Below, in pieces: positions 63,964 through 64,000 of a stretch of 64,000 nt of DNA. The DNA is from a virus. A program made the translations under genes and the position numbers. Numbering within the stretch: position 1 is the first letter of the stretch; each line of letters begins with the position of its first letter. The stretch is from positions 7,887-71,886 of the IMG/VR virus record IMGVR_UViG_3300047168_000018; one strand, 5' to 3'. The notes beneath the pieces are model-generated. The model saw nothing but the letters and a program-made list of their open reading frames with translations, did not search any database and was not told the origin of the DNA.

Positions 63964-64000
63964 TTAGCCGTCGCCGTCGCCGTAGCCGTAGCCGTAGCCG
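63964..64000 (-). CDS. 3' end of a Gly-Tyr/Gly-Asp repeat protein (partial)
   Basis: Reverse complement reads GYGYGYGDGDG-stop. Confidence 0.6.
   Translation of the reverse strand, partial: GYGYGYGDGDG

Noticed and set aside
1-64000. tRNA, rRNA, integrase/att site, portal, major capsid, TerL
   Set aside because: None recognised by eye; the head and packaging genes probably lie outside the window, and a tRNA scan was not run

Overview
The whole 64 kb is part of a high-GC tailed-phage genome with a podovirus-like layout. The host is probably alphaproteobacterial (inferred from the DnaB N-terminus, Cro and GapR-like genes). 0.7-38.8 kb (+) is a late/virion operon: small head-associated proteins, head-tail adaptors, fibre/spike proteins, tail nozzle, a GNAT protein, three ejection-type proteins, a 5084-aa polyvalent DarB-like protein (lytic transglycosylase, InPase, N6-MTase, SF2 helicase with a class-3 LAGLIDADG intein, two zincin motifs) and a lysis cassette. 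38.8-42.3 kb (-) carries a TerS-like gene, RuvC, GapR/RMF-like and Cro genes. 42.4-61.5 kb (+) carries RecT, many small accessory genes, an IS1595 fragment, a DPPY MTase, a PAPS-reductase-like gene, DnaB, an initiator with iterons and a C5-MTase. 61.5-64 kb (-) carries HTH/LexA-like genes. Three homing-type endonucleases are present, one of which is missing from the supplied ORF track. No portal, capsid, TerL, integrase, tRNA, rRNA or CRISPR array was seen. The most unusual signals are: (1) a shared (M/F/K/W/Q)-A-x-G-G motif in six otherwise unrelated late proteins, which also punctuates a His-rich repeat protein; (2) Sec signal peptides on fibre/spike-like proteins and a neighbouring putative chaperone; (3) two small genes that appear overprinted inside the giant ORF; (4) two families of repeated cis-elements in the late operon. 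All family assignments come from motif recognition by eye; no database search was run.
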